Source: Waddliaceae bacterium
GTDB lineage: Bacteria; Chlamydiota; Chlamydiia; Chlamydiales; Waddliaceae
Length of the DNA: 64,000 nt
Assembly: GCA_963724325.1 (NCBI GenBank)
Contig: CAVRUH010000007.1
Coordinates: 320,001-384,000 of the forward strand
Reading direction: 5' to 3'
Within the stretch, counting starts at the first letter, position 1, and each line of letters opens with the position of its first letter. The position numbers were made by a program, and so were the translations under genes. Of this stretch, positions 61,337-64,000 are shown in pieces. The notes under the pieces are model-generated. The model did not search any database, was not told the DNA's origin, and saw only the letters and a program-made list of their open reading frames with translations.

Positions 61337-62470
61337 ATGAATCCTGCAAATAACTCATATGAGTCTATGTCACAGTTTAGCTCGCGTATACCCGTTGTCG
61401 ATCTTCGTGACTTCTACGACCCTGCATCAAGGAGCAGGTTTGTTCAGAAGTTGGGGACGGCTTTTCAAAATCATGGTTTTGCAGCAGTAATAAATGCAAA
61501 GATAGACCAATCAATTCTCAATAAGGCATACAGCGCCGTCAGAGATTTTTTTGCCCAGAATATTGAATATAAACGTACTATTCAAAGTACTATAAATAGT
61601 GGCGAGCGGGGTTATGTGACCGGAGAGACACCCAAAAACCAACCGATTGAAGTGACCGATTTTAAGGAAATTCTCCATGTGGGAAGAGAATTTTCCAATG
61701 ACCTCCAGCAGGAACAATTTGACTATCCAAAAAATCTTTGGCCTGAAAACTCCGATATGAAAGATTCCGTAATGCCTTTGTATGAACCAATGGAAGAGAT
61801 AATGCAACCAATTGCATGTGCTGCCGCCGAATACCTAGGGGAGTCTTCGGAACTCTTCTCTAAAATGATGGGAGGAGGCGATCACCTCTTACGGTTTCTT
61901 CACTATTTACGAAGCCCTAATCAAAGTAAACCTTGGGCAGCAGCACATACTGACATGAATTTTCTAACATTTATTCCCAGGAGTTCTTCTGAGGGGCTTC
62001 AAGTGCAGCTTGTAGACCAGTCGTGGGAGGATGTAGTTGTGCCTGAAGATGCATTAGTAATCAATGTCGGAGATAGTCTTGAAAATTTAACAAATGGTTT
62101 CTACCGAAGCGGGGTTCACAGGGTAATATCGAAGCCTGGAAATGATTCAGAACGCTGGTCTGTAGTCTTTCACGGTCACACACGCCATGATCTCGATATG
62201 GGACCTATTTCGAGTACAATACTGAGTAATAACGGCGTACAACGGTTTCCCGATGCAAAAGGATGGGAATTACTTTACTCTCAAATAGCTGCTGTTGGGA
62301 GGGCTTCTCCTTCAATGCTGGAGTCTCTTTCGAAGAGTGGTGTTATGGATCGTATGATAAAATATGGAAAAGCAAGTGAAAAGGTAATGAGAATTCTTGA
62401 CGAACAAAAACTGGCGAGCGAATTGGTATTGGCAGAGCTTGCTCGCATTAATCAAAAAGGATTTAAATAA
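61337..62470 (+). CDS. 2-oxoglutarate/Fe(II) dioxygenase (isopenicillin N synthase-like)
   Basis: IPVVDL, HGF, AAHTD, GLQV, INVGD, SGVHRV, RWS. Confidence 0.9.
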   Translation: MNPANNSYESMSQFSSRIPVVDLRDFYDPASRSRFVQKLGTAFQNHGFAAVINAKIDQSILNKAYSAVRDFFAQNIEYKRTIQSTINSGERGYVTGETPKNQPIEVTDFKEILHVGREFSNDLQQEQFDYPKNLWPENSDMKDSVMPLYEPMEEIMQPIACAAAEYLGESSELFSKMMGGGDHLLRFLHYLRSPNQSKPWAAAHTDMNFLTFIPRSSSEGLQVQLVDQSWEDVVVPEDALVINVGDSLENLTNGFYRSGVHRVISKPGNDSERWSVVFHGHTRHDLDMGPISSTILSNNGVQRFPDAKGWELLYSQIAAVGRASPSMLESLSKSGVMDRMIKYGKASEKVMRILDEQKLASELVLAELARINQKGFK

Positions 62471-62471
62471 T

Positions 62472-62969
62472 ATGAATACAAGAAGCTTAAAAATTGTAAT
62501 CACTATTTCAATTGCATTAATGTTCACTTTTATCGCGTTTAACAATATAAGTGATTACTGTACTAACTTCAGATTTGTTAGAACTGTTCTTAATATGGAA
62601 TCCATTAAAGCTACAGACATCCAGTGGCGGGCTATAACGAGTCCATTATTGCAACAGGCCTTCTATTTATTCATAATAATTTGGGAAGCCCTCACGGCAA
62701 TCGTTTGTTGGGGAGGTGCTGTGATGATGTTCAGAAATGTAAGTTATAATAGAGGCAAAATGATTGCAACGGCAGGCTTGACTTTGGGATTTTCCCTTTT
62801 TATGATTGGCTTTGTCATTGTTGCGGGTGAATGGTTTTATTTGTGGGATTCTCTTTTGAATACCATGCATTCAAAAGCTATATTGCTTGCACTCTTCCTC
62901 GGCACCTTCGCCTGTTTTGTATCACAAAAAGATGATGTTGAATATTTTTGTGCTATTCCCAAGGATTAA
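62472..62969 (+). CDS. DUF2165 family membrane protein
   Basis: FNNISDYCTNFRFVRTVLNM, WRAIT, GEWFYLW. Confidence 0.8.
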   Translation: MNTRSLKIVITISIALMFTFIAFNNISDYCTNFRFVRTVLNMESIKATDIQWRAITSPLLQQAFYLFIIIWEALTAIVCWGGAVMMFRNVSYNRGKMIATAGLTLGFSLFMIGFVIVAGEWFYLWDSLLNTMHSKAILLALFLGTFACFVSQKDDVEYFCAIPKD

Positions 62970-63369
62970 TAATAGGTATCCCAACCTCTGTAAAGTCTTT
63001 GGTGTTTAGCGTAACAAGTTCTAGTCCGTGTGACTTAGCAGTAGCGGCGATATAGAGATCTTGTACTCCAAGCGTTATACCTCTTTTAAGTAATTGTGAG
63101 TTCATTGTCCCCCACTCTTTTGCAATACGATCATCGATAGATAGAATCATGTCCTTGAAACGACTATAGATGTCACCATAAAACCAATCTTCTAAGTCTT
63201 TCTTTTTCTTAGATGGCGATAGTCTTTCGATGCCATCCCACAATTCTGCTATAGTTACAACACTTATGTAAAATAAGTCTTGGTTCTTGCTCTCAAACCA
63301 TATTTGGGTCTTCAAGGGAACCTTACCTCTTAGTTCGCTTAGTGTGCATGTGTCTAATAAATAACTCAT
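62953..63369 (-). CDS. vapC: VapC PIN-domain toxin
   Basis: YLLDTCTLSE, ISVVTIAEL, DLYIAATA, LVTLNTKDF. Confidence 0.92.
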   Translation of the reverse strand: MSYLLDTCTLSELRGKVPLKTQIWFESKNQDLFYISVVTIAELWDGIERLSPSKKKKDLEDWFYGDIYSRFKDMILSIDDRIAKEWGTMNSQLLKRGITLGVQDLYIAATAKSHGLELVTLNTKDFTEVGIPIINPWE

Positions 63370-63614
63370 AATTTTACGTTTCTTGGGAGATCTTTTCTTC
63401 GTTTAATAGGAATTTTAACTTTTCGATGAGGGGATCGTTGAAAAAAATCCACTATACTTTCACGACGCTGGACTAATTTTGCATAATCTTTTTCCGAAAT
63501 AATCCAAGCATTCGGTTCACCGCGATAGGTGATCCTTTGCGGTCCTTCATTTAAGGCAAAGCGAATAACTTCGCTTAAATGTTGTTTTACTTCCTGAATT
63601 TGCCAACTTTTCAT
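63366..63614 (-). CDS. Phd/YefM family antitoxin
   Basis: WQIQEVKQHLSEVI..GPQRITYRG; overlaps vapC start. Confidence 0.88.
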   Translation of the reverse strand: MKSWQIQEVKQHLSEVIRFALNEGPQRITYRGEPNAWIISEKDYAKLVQRRESIVDFFQRSPHRKVKIPIKRRKDLPRNVKL

Positions 63615-63742
63615 AAAAACCTCATGTCTAGTCTGTCTAGGTGTATTATAGCATATAGGTTGAATTGTTGTATACGAACAATTATTCTTGTGTATATATT
63701 CTCATTTGGGATATATATGTTGGTTGGAGTTTATCGATTCAC

Positions 63743-64000
63743 ATGAGTAAGCAAAGCATTAAAGACCTGGGTGATTCTCTCAAACAGAGAAGAAAAGAAC
63801 GCAATCTTTCTTTGAAAGAGGCAGAAAATGCTACCTCCATCCGAATGAATTTCCTACAAGCCATAGAAGAAGGCGAGATAAGCAAACTTATTTCCCCAGT
63901 ATACGCTCAAGGGTTTATCAAACAGTATTCTTCTTTCCTCGGTATAGACTCAGACAAGGTCTACCGAGAACACCCCGAAATCTTCGGCAAACCCGAAGTT
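63743..64000 (+). CDS. rodZ: RodZ-like HTH protein (chlamydial CT009 type), partial
   Basis: MSKQSIKDLGDSLKQRRKERNLSLKEAENATSIR..LQAIEEG..PVYAQGFIKQY; runs off the right edge. Confidence 0.8.
   Translation, partial: MSKQSIKDLGDSLKQRRKERNLSLKEAENATSIRMNFLQAIEEGEISKLISPVYAQGFIKQYSSFLGIDSDKVYREHPEIFGKPEV

Overview
Chromosomal window of an environmental chlamydia (Chlamydiota). The assignment rests on the sctU-sctV-sctW(copN)-scc1 type III secretion block next to ychF, plus waaA, a RodZ/CT009-like gene and many orphan ankyrin/F-box/LRR and Inc-like genes. The left 25 kb is an accessory effector region: four related F-box-like/ankyrin genes and a duplicated Inc-like gene pair, punctuated by tandem arrays of a nested-palindrome REP/REPIN-like element (218-bp and 147-bp units). 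The most striking feature is two essentially identical 1905-nt group II introns (11761-13665 and 21296-23200; RT/maturase, no endonuclease domain). Both are inserted at the same nucleotide (GGTCACTC^C), 4 nt behind the terminal hairpin of that element, which suggests a REP-homing intron. At least three other palindromic repeat families are present. On the right, an IS481-like element with a passenger gene and a 15-bp target duplication sits inside one copy of a 37-bp direct repeat that brackets an MntA-HepT toxin-antitoxin pair. The remainder is housekeeping: ispA, ugd, lptD-like, rnr, leuS (clustered frameshifts, probably sequencing error), acs, cyclophilin, mlaDFE, uup, tamAB, two tRNA-Met and two more TA pairs. 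All calls were made by eye from motifs; no database searches were run.
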